Source of the DNA: Meiothermus sp.
Lineage (GTDB): Bacteria; Deinococcota; Deinococci; Deinococcales; Thermaceae
Assembly: GCA_033762915.1 (NCBI GenBank)
Contig: JANRLD010000026.1
Location: 62,633-126,632 of the forward strand
DNA: 64,000 nucleotides
Direction: 5' to 3'
The stretch's first letter is position 1. Each line of letters starts with the position of its first letter. The notes under the pieces are model-generated. The model was not told where the DNA came from and did no database searches. It saw only the letters and a program-made list of their open reading frames with translations. The position numbers and the translations under genes are program-made. Shown in pieces: positions 50,870 through 62,200 of this stretch.

Positions 50870-52060
50870 TTAGCGTGTTGCCTCTTGCAAGACCTGTTCG
50901 ACTGCGGCAGCGGTGGCCTCGATGTGCTCCATGGTTAGGGTGGGGTGTACCAGGAACATCAGCGAGGTCTCGCCCAATTCCTTGGCTACCGGCAGACGCT
51001 CGGCGGGCTGCCAGCCCCGGCTGGTGAAGGCCTTTTCCAAGTAAATCTCCGAGCAGGATCCGCTCATGCAGGGAATGCCCAATTCCGAGACCTCCTTCAT
51101 GATCCGGTCACGGCTCCAGCCCGGCTTGAGCTGCTCGGGACGAACATACACGTAATATTTGTAATAAGCGTGGAAGAGGTCGGCGGAGGGCTCGGTCACG
51201 CGCAAAGCCGGTTGGGCCTTGAAGCGCTCGTTGAGGAACAGGGCGTAGCGGCGGCGGGTCTCGATCCAGCCGTCCAGCTTGCGCAGGATCACCCGGCCGA
51301 TGGCCGACTGCATCTCGAGCATCCGCCAGTTGGTGCCGAACTCCTCGTGCAGCCAGCGGAAGCCGGGGGGGTGGGCGCGGTTGTACACGGCGTCGTAGCT
51401 CTTGCCGTGATCCTTAAAGCTCCAGGCCTTGCTCCAGAGGTCGTCGTCGTTGAGGGTGAGCATGCCGCCCTCCCCGCCGCAGGTGAGGATCTTGTCCTGG
51501 CAGAAGCTCCAGGCGCCCGCGTGACCGATGGAGCCGACGCTCTTGCCCTTGTACTTTGCCCCGTGGGCCTGTGCGCAGTCTTCGATGACCCAGAGGTTGT
51601 GCTGAGCGGCCAGGGCCATGATGCCGTCCATGTCGGCAGGCCAGCCTGCGAGGTGTACCACGATGATGGCCTTGGTGCGGGGGGTGATGACCCTGGCGAT
51701 GCTCTCGGGCGTGATCACGCCGCTGTCGGGGTCTACCTCAGCCATGATCGGCTTGGCCCCGCGCATCACGGCGGCCGAGGCCGAGGCGATGAAGGTGCGG
51801 GGGGTGGTGATCACCTCGTCGCCCTCGCCGACCCCCATCGCGTAGAGGGCCAGCTCAATCGCCACCGTGCCGTTGTGCAGCGCGATGGCGTGCTTGGTGC
51901 CCACGTACTCAGCAAACTCTTTCTCGAACAGCCGGCCTTCCTGGCCGGTCCAGTAGTTGACTTTTCCCGACTGCAACACTGCCACAGTTGCGTCTATCTC
52001 GTCTTGAGCGAAGTAGGGCCAGGGGGCGAAGGGGGCGGTCAGCGTGGGGTTGCGTAGCAT
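50870..52060 (-). CDS. DegT/DnrJ/EryC1/StrS sugar aminotransferase
   Basis: EDCAQAHG and SFCQDKILTCGGEGG (PLP Lys). Confidence 0.95.
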   Translation of the reverse strand: MLRNPTLTAPFAPWPYFAQDEIDATVAVLQSGKVNYWTGQEGRLFEKEFAEYVGTKHAIALHNGTVAIELALYAMGVGEGDEVITTPRTFIASASAAVMRGAKPIMAEVDPDSGVITPESIARVITPRTKAIIVVHLAGWPADMDGIMALAAQHNLWVIEDCAQAHGAKYKGKSVGSIGHAGAWSFCQDKILTCGGEGGMLTLNDDDLWSKAWSFKDHGKSYDAVYNRAHPPGFRWLHEEFGTNWRMLEMQSAIGRVILRKLDGWIETRRRYALFLNERFKAQPALRVTEPSADLFHAYYKYYVYVRPEQLKPGWSRDRIMKEVSELGIPCMSGSCSEIYLEKAFTSRGWQPAERLPVAKELGETSLMFLVHPTLTMEHIEATAAAVEQVLQEATR

Positions 52061-52584
52061 TCGTGTTCACCTCTACCAAGCTCTAGTTCAACATATCTAT
52101 CGAGCCGTCGATGGTCAGATTAGCCTAAATCGCGTTATGCCCCCGTTATGCGGCTAGAACCAGCTCTACAGCCCTTTTCCTGTACCGTCGTTGCCCACCA
52201 TCTAAACCGGATGGCCGATGTTTATGGGAAGTTATACGGCCACATAACTGCTCTTGTAACATACCTATCTGAACGACACTCCAGCCAAAACCTGAGTTTA
52301 TTCTGAGTGGGGTAGGTCATAACTGACAACGGTTTGGGTATGGGATAGGTTGAAGTAACGGCCATCGTAACGGGCCGTGGCTCGAGACCAACCCCGTCTG
52401 CTACGGGGCTAGGGAAGTTTTCCAGCTTTTCGCACGTGAGACGGTGGGCTAAATTGTCCTTTAGGCTACCATTCTCTAGATGGCCTTACAGGGACGATAA
52501 ATGTTCTCCCGTTAGCTGATTTTTGGCTCAGTCATCGTTACGCGGAATTCGGAGGTGGGCGGTGGGGTCGCCGCCGCCGTGAAC

Positions 52585-53529
52585 CTAGAGGGAGCCCAGC
52601 CAGTGGGCCGCGAAGAACAGGCCCGACATCACCAGTGTGATCAACAGCAACGCGCTCAGGAAGCCCATCCCGCTGACCACCATCCCCACCGCCACCAGCA
52701 GTGCAGTCACCCCCCACACCACCACAACCGTGACGGCCGGGTTACGCAGGTGGAGCTGGTCGAGTCGGTCGTAGGTGTGGTCGCGGTCGCCGTCGAAGAT
52801 GGGCTTGCCCCTGCGCCAGCGGCGGATGAAGCCGCACACCAGGTCGTAGAGGGGGAAGCTGACCATCACCATCGCGGCCACAAAGGCCATGAAGCCGTGG
52901 GTGGCGGCCAGCATGACCAGCGCCGCCAGCACGTAGCCGATAGAGAGGCTGCCGCAGTCGCCCATAAAGGTCTTGGCCCTGGGGTAGTTCCAGACCAGGA
53001 AGCCGATTAGCCCGCCCGCGAGGATCAGGGCCAGGGTCGGAGGCAGGTTGGCGGCCTCCAGGAGCAGCGCAAGACCTAGCGCCGAGATCAGCGAGTTTCC
53101 CGAGGCCAGCCCGTTCATCCCGTCGATCAGGTTGACCGCGTTGGACATCACCGGCACCAGCCCGACCCCTAGGATTAGGCCCAGCAGCCCCAGAGGCTCC
53201 CAGAAGTGCATCCCCAGGGCCGCGCCCGCCACCACCTCGGCGGCCAGGCGCACCTTGGGCAAGAGGGAATACTTGTCGTCCAGACCGCCGGTGACCGCGA
53301 TGATCAGCAGGCCCAGCAGGGCCCATCCGGTCAGCGCCCCGCTGATCAGGCCCCAGAACAGCACGGTCAGCACAATCCCGAAGCCGCCGAAGCGCGGGGT
53401 GACTTTGCTGTGTATCTTGATCGCGCCGGGGCTATCCACGATGCCCCAGGCCCTCGCTAGGTGGATCGAGAGCCAGACAAACCCAATACCCGATGCCGTC
53501 GCCAACAACAGGATCAACCACAGACTCAT
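52585..53529 (-). CDS. MraY/WecA-family polyprenyl-phosphate HexNAc-1-phosphate transferase
   Basis: KIH...PRFGG, GGLDD, NAVNLIDGMNGLA, FMGDCGS, DRDH. Confidence 0.9.
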   Translation of the reverse strand: MSLWLILLLATASGIGFVWLSIHLARAWGIVDSPGAIKIHSKVTPRFGGFGIVLTVLFWGLISGALTGWALLGLLIIAVTGGLDDKYSLLPKVRLAAEVVAGAALGMHFWEPLGLLGLILGVGLVPVMSNAVNLIDGMNGLASGNSLISALGLALLLEAANLPPTLALILAGGLIGFLVWNYPRAKTFMGDCGSLSIGYVLAALVMLAATHGFMAFVAAMVMVSFPLYDLVCGFIRRWRRGKPIFDGDRDHTYDRLDQLHLRNPAVTVVVVWGVTALLVAVGMVVSGMGFLSALLLITLVMSGLFFAAHWLGSL

Positions 53530-53719
53530 AGCACCTCGTCAGTCCTCGAGCGCCGTTGCGGCTCGCGCTCCCATAATCCAATATGGCCGTGACGAGAGAA
53601 GGTTATTTGAGTTGCTGGCTGGTCGTCAACGGTGGAGGAGCGGTTCGCAGCAGGTAAGAGACTACTCGAGCCAGCCGCGTCCGGGCTGGGCGTGTGGCCT
53701 ACGTGCTTACCGCACTGCC

Positions 53720-53887
53720 CTAGGGTGCGTTGACAATTGAGATCGAAGAACCCGAAAAACACCGTTCTGGAGAATAGTCCTTCCAACTGTTTGTGCTTCA
53801 ACTATGAAGCCACATTAGAGACTGTTGAAATGCTTCTGGGATGAGCAAAATCCGATTCAAGCTGGGCAAAATGTCAACACGCCCTAG
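53720..53887. mobile_element. Candidate MITE / internally deleted IS remnant
   Basis: CTAG on both sides. Terminal inverted repeats GGTGCGTTGACA and GGCGTGTTGACA (10/12) enclose an AT-richer interior; 160 bp between the CTAGs. Confidence 0.5.
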
Positions 53888-54049
53888 TTGATTCCGGCCG
53901 TGCCGACCCCAAACGTAGCGGTGAGCTTAACCTCTCAAAGGCTCATGCCGAACTAGCTCCGCCCTACGGCAAAGCCTTGGACGGCCATAAATGGCATTGG
54001 TGACCTGCACACCGGCAGGACACCCTGAAAGCCACCACCTGACGCAGCT

Positions 54050-55285
54050 TTATCCCGTGTGGCGGGGTAGGGGCAGGTCGGAGGGCAGCTCGAGGCTCTC
54101 CCAATCGAAGAGGTCGGAGAGGGTGCGGGGGACGCCGTAGAGCACCTTGGCATAGAGCTGCTCGTGCAGGCTCAGGACCAGCCTGAGGTCGTAGGTCTTC
54201 ATGCGCTCGCGCCCGCGCTGGCCCATGGCCTTGGCCATGTTGGGGTGGGCGATGACCCACTCCATGGCCTCGGCGATGGCCCGCACATCGCCCACCTCGA
54301 CCAGCCAGCCGCAGCCCTCGCGGATCAGCTCGTGCGCCCCCCGGATATCGGTGCCGATCACCGGGACGCCCATGCACAGCGACTCCATAATGGCCCTCGG
54401 CAGCCCCTCCTGCTCGGAGGTGAGCAGGGTGGCGCTGGCGGCCTGAATCAGGGCCGGTATGTCCTGCCGCCAGCCCAGAAAGTGTACGCGCTCGGCCAGG
54501 CCCATCTGCTGCACCAGTTTCTTGATCGGCTCGAGTAGCTTCCCCTGACCGGCCAGCAGCAGCCGGGCCCTGGGGTGCTTGAGGGCCGCGAAGGCCAAGA
54601 CCGCGTCTTTGTGGCGCTTGCGGGGGATGAACTCTGCGGCCATCAGGAAGGTCGGCTGGTCGGGGGATAGCCCCAGCTCGGCCCGCACCCTGGCCACCGC
54701 CGCCTCGCCACCCAGCAGGTCGGGGGTGTAGCGGTGCAAATCCACCCCGATACCCGGCATGTACCAGAGGTTCTCCGGTTTGACGATGCGGTGGCGGTTT
54801 GCGGCGGCGTAGTCCTCCTCGTTCATCACCACCAGGTGGTCAGTCCAGGAACCGGCGGTGCGCTCGAGGGCGCGGAAGACTAGGTTCTTGAGCCACTTGC
54901 CCTTGGGGTGGAAGTGGAAACCGTGCGCGGTGTAAATCACCTTCGGCCGGACCAGTGGGTTGAGGTTGCGCAGTGCGTAACGCACGATGAAGGCCGGGGT
55001 GGGGGTGTGTACGTGGACGATGTCGTAACGCTCGCGTTGCACCAGGCGTCGCACCTGCTCGATGGCCCGGAAGAAGTGGTTCTGCGGGTCGAGGGGGTTG
55101 CGCGTCCACTCGATGTCGAAGAGCTGGTCGAAGTGCTCGTGGGCCTCGGAATAGCTGCTCGCGTCTGCCGCAGCCCCGTCTACCCGCCAGCCCAGCCGCC
55201 GGAAGTGGTCGGCGTGGGGGTAGAGGAACTTGCTGAAAAACAACCCGATGTTGGCAACGATAAGGAGTTTGGGGGATGACTTCAT
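54050..55285 (-). CDS. GT4 glycosyltransferase (EpsD/CapM-like)
   Basis: HVHTP, YTAHGFHF, GIGVD, KRH, EGLPRAIMES. Confidence 0.9.
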   Translation of the reverse strand: MKSSPKLLIVANIGLFFSKFLYPHADHFRRLGWRVDGAAADASSYSEAHEHFDQLFDIEWTRNPLDPQNHFFRAIEQVRRLVQRERYDIVHVHTPTPAFIVRYALRNLNPLVRPKVIYTAHGFHFHPKGKWLKNLVFRALERTAGSWTDHLVVMNEEDYAAANRHRIVKPENLWYMPGIGVDLHRYTPDLLGGEAAVARVRAELGLSPDQPTFLMAAEFIPRKRHKDAVLAFAALKHPRARLLLAGQGKLLEPIKKLVQQMGLAERVHFLGWRQDIPALIQAASATLLTSEQEGLPRAIMESLCMGVPVIGTDIRGAHELIREGCGWLVEVGDVRAIAEAMEWVIAHPNMAKAMGQRGRERMKTYDLRLVLSLHEQLYAKVLYGVPRTLSDLFDWESLELPSDLPLPRHTG

Positions 55286-55511
55286 AGCGATGGATACCTC
55301 GACCACAGCCCGACCATGGAACCCCCCTGCTCCTGTAGAATATTTCTTTTTGCCCGGGTGGTTGTGGAAAGTAACGCGTTAACTGGGCATGTCTTGCCAT
55401 TACTTAATCACGCCGCCCAACCCATCCGCGTAGAAAGCCGTGGCTCTCCAATCAAGCCACGGCCATCTTCCCAGGTAAAACTGAATTGGCCCTGAGTATC
55501 GGGCCCCTGGT

Positions 55512-56705
55512 TCAGGTCTTCACCAGGGATTTGACGCTCCCACCCAGCGCTTTGGCGTATAGCTCTTCGTGCAGCCGCAGGATGTGCTCGAGGTCGTACT
55601 GCTTGATGCGCTCCTTGCCGCGCCGCCCCATCTGCTGGGCCAGGGCCGGGCTGCCCACGATCTTGTCCATCGCGGCGGCCAGGGCCGGCACGTCGCCCAC
55701 TGGGGTCAGCAGGCCGCCGTCCTCGCCCACCAGATCTTCGATCCCGCGGATCCGGGTGCCGATGATCGGCTTGCCCATGCACATGCTCTCCATGATGGCC
55801 CTCGGCAGCCCCTCGCGCTCGGAGGGCAGCAGCAGGGCGTCAGAGGCGGCGATCAGGGCCGGGATGTCCTTGCGCCAGCCGAGCTGGTGCACGCGCTCGG
55901 CAACGCCCAACTCCTGGGCCTGCCGGGCCACCTCGCCCTCCAGCGGCCCCACCCCCGCGAACACCAGGTGGGCCCGCTTGTCCCGCATGGCCGCGAAGGC
56001 CTCGAGGGCGTCCTTGTGGCGCTTGCCGGGGTTGAACTCGGCGATCATCAGGAGCATAGGAGTGTCGGACTCGAGGCCCAATTCCCGCCGCACCGCCCGC
56101 ACCTGCTCGGGCGCAAGCCCCTTGCCGGAGTAGTAGCTCAGGTCCACCCCGATCCCCGGCATATACACCGTGCGTCCGCGACCCACCAGGTTCCAGGCGG
56201 CCTGCTCGTCGTGGCGGTTCATGGTGACCAAAAAATCGGTCCAAGGCGTTACGGCTTTCTCCAAGGCGTAGAAGGCGGCGTTCTTGATCGGGTTGCCCTG
56301 CGGGTGGAAATGAAAGCCGTGCGAGGTGTAGATCACCTTAACCCGGCCCTGGCGCTGCAGGCCGCGCAGGGCCAGCCGGGCCACGAAGCCCGCGATGGGG
56401 GTGTGGACGTGGACGATCTGGTAGCCCTCGCGCTCGACCAGCTCGCGCCGTTGGCGCATGCCCTGGAGGGCCTTGGCGGGGTTGCGGGGGTCCCTGGACA
56501 TCTCGATCTCGTAGACGTGGTCGAAGACCTGCTCGGCCTCCTCCCAGCCCCGGTTCATCCCGCCTGCCCCGTCCACCTGCCAGCCCAGGCGGCGGAAGTG
56601 CTGGGCGAAGGGGAGCAGGAATTCTTTGAAGAAGAGTACTGTGGTGGCCACGAATAGGACTTTGGGGAGCTGTTGGCGCGGGGTGCTAGGGCGGTTGCGG
56701 ATCAT
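55512..56705 (-). CDS. GT4 glycosyltransferase, paralogue of 54050..55285
   Basis: HVHTP, YTSHGFHF, GIGVD, KRH, EGLPRAIMES. Confidence 0.9.
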   Translation of the reverse strand: MIRNRPSTPRQQLPKVLFVATTVLFFKEFLLPFAQHFRRLGWQVDGAGGMNRGWEEAEQVFDHVYEIEMSRDPRNPAKALQGMRQRRELVEREGYQIVHVHTPIAGFVARLALRGLQRQGRVKVIYTSHGFHFHPQGNPIKNAAFYALEKAVTPWTDFLVTMNRHDEQAAWNLVGRGRTVYMPGIGVDLSYYSGKGLAPEQVRAVRRELGLESDTPMLLMIAEFNPGKRHKDALEAFAAMRDKRAHLVFAGVGPLEGEVARQAQELGVAERVHQLGWRKDIPALIAASDALLLPSEREGLPRAIMESMCMGKPIIGTRIRGIEDLVGEDGGLLTPVGDVPALAAAMDKIVGSPALAQQMGRRGKERIKQYDLEHILRLHEELYAKALGGSVKSLVKT

Positions 56706-56956
56706 GCCAGACCTCAAAAACTACCCATCACTAAAGCACTACCCCGCCCCAAATGCAAGTAATGATTGACGTTATGCCCAGTCATCGGGTGGCCCGCCGG
56801 GGCCGCCTGCTCGAGTCGGAACTGTGGCCTGGAGAGAATAACGTCCGTTTCTGAGTTCGGGGGGTGGGGCGGTAGAGGGGGCGGGAAAACGGGGGAGTGA
56901 CCCCCTGACTCGGGGGTGGGGCCGGGAGTAGACTGGGGGCACCCGCGAGGTGTCGT

Positions 56957-57490
56957 ATGAAAGACTATCTGGCTCTTATCGACCGCCGAACGCTCGGCCT
57001 CAAGGGGATGCGCTGCCGCGACATCACCCCGATCTTCGCCGACCCTGAAGCTTTCGCGACGATGCTGGACGACCTTCAGCGCGGGCTGCCGGAGTTTGAT
57101 CTGGTGGTCGGCGTCGAGGCCCTAGGCTTCGTGCTGGCCAGCGCCATTGCGGTGCGCACCGGCAAGGGCCTTATTCCCATCCGCAAAGCGGGCAAACTCC
57201 CGGTCAGGGCCGACGCCATCACGCTGCCCGAGGTGCGCGGACAGGCGCGAACCCTCGAGCTTCGCGCCGGCGCGATTCCGCCGGGCTCGAGGCTCTTGCT
57301 GGTGGACGACTGGATCAAAACCGGTACCCAGGTCGCCGGGGCCATCGAACTGCTCGAGCGACAGCTCGGAACCGTGGCGGCAGTGGTATCGCTCAACATC
57401 GACGAGAACGAGCTGACCCGCCCGCTGTTGGCGAGGTATCGCTTCCAGACCATTCTCCGCGACGGAAACTTGCTCGAGGTGGCCCGATGA
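56957..57490 (+). CDS. Adenine phosphoribosyltransferase-like type I PRTase
   Basis: RDITP, EALGF, RKAGKLP and PRPP loop [10 protein letters not shown]. Confidence 0.8.
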   Translation: MKDYLALIDRRTLGLKGMRCRDITPIFADPEAFATMLDDLQRGLPEFDLVVGVEALGFVLASAIAVRTGKGLIPIRKAGKLPVRADAITLPEVRGQARTLELRAGAIPPGSRLLLVDDWIKTGTQVAGAIELLERQLGTVAAVVSLNIDENELTRPLLARYRFQTILRDGNLLEVAR

Positions 57491-58347
57491 TCCCGCTTCA
57501 GGTCTTCGGCCGCACCGGCCACATCAGCACCCGTGCCGTCTTCGGTGCGGCGGGCCTGGGCAAGGTCACCCAGGCCGAGGCCGACCGAACCCTCGAGCTG
57601 CTGCTGCGCCACGGGGTCAACCACATCGACACGGCGGCCAGCTACGGCGAGTCCGAGCGGCGCATCGGCCCCTGGATGCCCCGGCACCGCCCCCACTTCT
57701 TCCTGGCCTCCAAGACCGGCGACCGCCGCTACAAGGAGGCCCTCGAGTCGGTTCAGCGCTCGCTCGAGCGCCTCCAGACCGACCACCTCGACCTGATCCA
57801 ACTGCACAACCTGGTCGACCCCGCCGAGTGGGAGGTAGCGCTGGGGCCGGGTGGCGCCTTGGAGGCAGTGGTGGAGGCCCGCCGTCAGGGCATGGTGCGT
57901 TACATCGGGGTCACCGGGCACGGTCTCACGGTGGCAGCGCGGCATCTGCAAAGCCTGGGGCGCTTCGACTTCGACTCTGTTCTGTTGCCCTACAGCTACG
58001 TGTTGAACAAGCACCCCCAGTACGCCGCCGACTTTGAAGCCCTGATGGAAGTCTGTACGGCCCGCAATGTGGCGGTGCAGACCATCAAGGCCATTACCCG
58101 CCGCCCCTGGGGCGACCGCCCCCAGACCCAGGCCACCTGGTATGAGGCCCTGACCGAGCCTGCCGATATCTCCAGAGCCGTCGGCTGGGTGCTGGGCCGC
58201 CCCGGCATCTTCTTCTGCACGGCGGGCGACATCGACCTACTGCCCAAGGTGCTCGAGGCCGCCCACGACTCCCAGCCGCGCCCTTCTGGCGCCGCGATGG
58301 AGGCGCTGCTGACCGAGCGCGAGATGGCCCCGCTGTTCACGTCTTAA
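57487..58347 (+). CDS. Aldo/keto reductase
   Basis: [36 protein letters not shown]. Confidence 0.92.
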   Translation: MIPLQVFGRTGHISTRAVFGAAGLGKVTQAEADRTLELLLRHGVNHIDTAASYGESERRIGPWMPRHRPHFFLASKTGDRRYKEALESVQRSLERLQTDHLDLIQLHNLVDPAEWEVALGPGGALEAVVEARRQGMVRYIGVTGHGLTVAARHLQSLGRFDFDSVLLPYSYVLNKHPQYAADFEALMEVCTARNVAVQTIKAITRRPWGDRPQTQATWYEALTEPADISRAVGWVLGRPGIFFCTAGDIDLLPKVLEAAHDSQPRPSGAAMEALLTEREMAPLFTS

Positions 58348-59228
58348 GGCTGCCTGGGCCGGGCAAGGTTCAGCGTCCAGTAGTTGGAGTAGGTGTTGCC
58401 GCTGCCTGCGACCAGGGCCGCGCCGATCTCGCTATAGCTCGAGCTCTTGATGGCCTCGCAGTGTCCGGAGGTGCTGCGCAGCCAGCCCCGGATCACCGCC
58501 TCCATGCCGGCGTAGCCCGCCGCGATGTTCTCGCCCCAGCTGCTCCAGGTGTAGCCCTGGCGGGTGATGCGCTGGCCGGGCGAGCTGCCGTCGGAGCCGG
58601 TGTGGCTGAAGAAGTTGCCCCGCTGCATGTCCTGGCTGTGGGCCAGGGCGGCGGCCTCGAGTCGGGCGCTCCAGCCCACCGCGGCGACGGGGCTGGGGTA
58701 GCTGCGGCTGGCGCAACTGCACGGGGCGGCCCGGACTTGGTTGAGGGCCTGGGTGAAGGCGGCGGGGCTTAGTCCGCTGCCGCTGGCGTTAAAGCTGACA
58801 CTGCTGCATGCGGGCAGACCGGTGGGCGGAGCGGAGGCTGCGGGTGTGGTGACGCTGGCCTCGGTGAAGCTGCTGGGGCCCGCCCCATTCACGGCGCGAA
58901 CCCGGTAGGTGTAGGCGGTTTCGGGGCTTAGGCCGGTGTCGCGGTAGGCGGTGGCGCCGAGGCTTCCGCCGACGGGGGTGAAGGTTTCGCCACCGCGGGT
59001 TCGGCGCTCGAGGGTGTAGTGGGTCGCGCCCGGGACCGCGCCCCAACTGAGGTCGGCGGCGGTGGGCGTGGCGGCGCTGGCGCGAAAGTCGGCGGGGGAA
59101 CCGGGGGGGTGAACGGGGCCTGTCGGCGCGGTAGGCGGGGGAGTACGGGGCTGGCCGGGCGTCGCCAGGGGGCTGCCACAGGCGGCCAAGGGCAATAGCC
59201 AGAGCAGAAGCCAACAGCGGGCGGGCAT
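58344..59228 (-). CDS. Lipoprotein with FN3 and CAP (SCP/PR-1) domains
   Basis: Lipobox LAAC; FN3 (YTYRVRAVN); CAP (HSQDM, FFSH, GENIA, GHC). Confidence 0.88.
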   Translation of the reverse strand: MPARCWLLLWLLPLAACGSPLATPGQPRTPPPTAPTGPVHPPGSPADFRASAATPTAADLSWGAVPGATHYTLERRTRGGETFTPVGGSLGATAYRDTGLSPETAYTYRVRAVNGAGPSSFTEASVTTPAASAPPTGLPACSSVSFNASGSGLSPAAFTQALNQVRAAPCSCASRSYPSPVAAVGWSARLEAAALAHSQDMQRGNFFSHTGSDGSSPGQRITRQGYTWSSWGENIAAGYAGMEAVIRGWLRSTSGHCEAIKSSSYSEIGAALVAGSGNTYSNYWTLNLARPRQP

Positions 59229-59285
59229 AACTATAGGGTTAACCGGCCCCGCCCGCCGAACCCCCACGGGCTGATTAAGTTACCT

Positions 59286-62200
59286 TCATTTCTGCGGTTC
59301 GTCGCTGAGGGGGTTGGGAGCTGGCGGCGTCAGGCGGGACAGGCGCCGGCTAAGGCTCTGGTTCAGCAGGTTCTGGCCCAGGCCCGAGAGGTTGAGCACC
59401 GGGTAGAGTTCAAAGTTGATGCCGGTGGCGGGCTGGGCTACCAGGGTCGGGCTGCCGCCCACCTGGTAAACCCCCAGGTAGTCGGGGTCGTCTCGGATGC
59501 CGTTGCGGTTAAGGTCGAGCCAGCCCTCGAGGTAGTAGTTGCCCGTCGGGAGGCTCGAGACGCTGTACGCGGCGATGGCGGCGTTGGCACTGAGGGTGAC
59601 CTCCCGGCTGCTGGCAGCCACTGCCGCGCTGCCGTTCCAGAACTGGGCGGTAATCTTGGCCCCGGCCAGGGTCAGGTTGGCGGGCAGCACCCCCACCACC
59701 AGGGTGAAAGGGACGCTGCGGGTCTGCCCTGCGCCGGTGCCGCTGAGGGTGAGGTTGTATATGCCGGGGGCGGTGGAGCCCGCAACGTTGAACTGGAACG
59801 TCGCGGCGGAGGCCCCAGCGGGGTTGGGGGTGAAGCTCGAGGTAACCCCTGGGGGCAGACCGGAGACGCTCAGGTTGACTGCGCCGGTGAAGCCCCCCCA
59901 GCGCTCGAGGCTGAGCGCGACGCTGCCCCCGCTGCCTGCCCCCGCTCCCGCCCCACTGGTGTCGGGCCGGATCGAAAACCCAGGCGAGGCGCCGGCTTGG
60001 GCGCCCTGAACGGCTGCGTAAGCATCCAAGAGCCCTGCGCCGCAGTCGGCCCCGGTCAGGCCGGGTGGCGGGGTGCGGCCGCCGTTGGAGAGGCCTTGTT
60101 CGCCGCTGCACTGGCTGCTGTTGAAAGGCCGGGCGGTGCGCCTGAGGATGTCCACGGCCTCGGCCACCCCAAGGGTGGGGCGAGCGCTCTTCATTAGGGC
60201 CAGCACGCCGGCCACGTGTGGCGCGGCCATCGAGGTGCCCTGGTAGTAGGCGTAGTTGGGCTGTCCGGCGTCGGTGCGCAGGGTGCTGAGGATGCCCCCG
60301 CCCTGAACGACCCCGCCCAGGTTGATTAAGGTGCTGCCGCCGGGGGCCATCACGTCCACCCTGGGGCCGTAGTTGGAGTAGTAGGCCCGCTGGGTCTGTG
60401 AATTCGAGGCCGCCACATTGACCACCCCGCTGCAACTGGCCGGGGAAAAGTCGGCGGTGTTGGCGGTGCTGTTGCCCGCCGACACCACCACCGCCACTCC
60501 CCTGGCCAGCACCCGGTTGATCACGTCCTGGTATAGGGGGTCCTGGCGGCAGGGACGCTCCCCCCCCAGGCTCAAGTTGATGACCTGGGCCGGGCTGGGG
60601 TTGGGGGGCAGGCCGGGCAGGGTCACGCCCGCCGCCCAGAGCATCCCGTCGGTGATGTCGGAGACGGTGCCGCCTTGCAGTCCCAGGGCCCGCACCGGCA
60701 GAATCCGTGCGCCCCAGCTCACCCCGGCCACCCCGGAGGCGTTATTGGTGGCGGCCGCGACGGTTCCGGCCACGTGCGTGCCGTGGAAAAAGCTGGTGGC
60801 GGCGGAGCCCGCGTCCTCGGGGTTGCCGTCGCGCCCGTTGCCGTCGCCCGCGTTGGTCGGGTCGCTGACAAAGTCGTAACCGATTTCCAGCTTAGAGCTC
60901 AGGTCGGGGTGGCTGGCGAAGATGCCAGTGTCCACCACCGCCACCGTGACCGGGCTGGACTGGCCCCGCTCGAGCGCCCAGGCCTGGGGCAGGTTGATGG
61001 CGGGGTAGTTCCACTGTGCGGCGAACGAGGGGTCGTTGGGGGTGGTGATCTGGGTGGGGCGGTAGATGAAGTTGGGCTGGGCGTACTCTACGTCGGCCCG
61101 CCGGTTAAGGGCGGCGATGGCCTCGAGCATGGTCTGACCGTCGGCTGCGGCGCGGTACAGTGCGGCTCCCTCGAGCCCCACCTCGCGCACCCGAGCCAGG
61201 CTCACCCCATCAGCCCGCAGGCTGCCCAGGCTTTGCAGGCCCACACCAGGGCGGAACTTGACGATCACCTCGCCCGGCCTGTAGCTGCCCGGTTCGAGGG
61301 CCGCGTAGTTCGGGCCGTCCACCCGGCCCTCCGCGTCCGCGATGCGCACCGTGCCGCTGATGGTTCCGGGCGCCGCACTGCCCGCCGGGGTGAAGCTGGC
61401 CGAGGCCCGCCTTGAGGCGTTCACCTGGGCCGGGAGGGCCGGGTCGGGGGTGCTCAGGTCGGCGCTCAGGCCGTAGGCCGCCACGTAGTAGGGGGTGCCG
61501 CTCAGCGGAGGGCTGGGGTTGAAGGTGTGATTGAGCGCCACCACGACAGCCTCGGCGGCCACGGCCCCGTCGGCCGAAGCCACCAGCCGGGTCGCGTAGG
61601 AGGCCGCCCCGATCACCAGCCCCCAAGACGCCCTCACCGAGGTCGGGCTGGGGTTGCTGACGCTCACCGAGAGCGGCTGGGCCATCTGCTGGCTGGCGTT
61701 GAGACTGAAGCTGCTCGAGAGGATCTGCCCGCCCAGATTGGCGAACAGGGTGTAGGTGCCGCTTACCGGGGCAACCGAGTTGAGGAACAGCATCTCCACG
61801 CCGGAGGCGTTGGCGGGGTTGAGAACCAGGGGCTGCCCGCGGTTCCAGTCTGGCGGGCCGGAAAGGCTCAGCTGGAAAGAGGTGGTGGGCGGGTTGCCGC
61901 TCGAGTCGCGCAGCTTGTAGGCCACAAAAGTGCCCAGCGGAACCCCCGCTCCCCGGTTGAGGGTGCCCCCGCTGGCCTCGAGGGTGCCGCGCACGGTCAG
62001 GGTGACCGCGTTGGAGGTCACCCGACTGGCGCTGGCAGTGATGCTGGCGACGCCGTCGCCCACGGCGGTAGCCAAGCCACTGGCGTTAACGCTGACCACG
62101 CTGGGGTTGCTGGACGACCAGGTGAAGACCGGCTGCGGGGCGACTGGATTACCCGAAGCGTCGCGGGCGGTGGCGCTGAACTGCTGGGTGCTGCCCAGCC

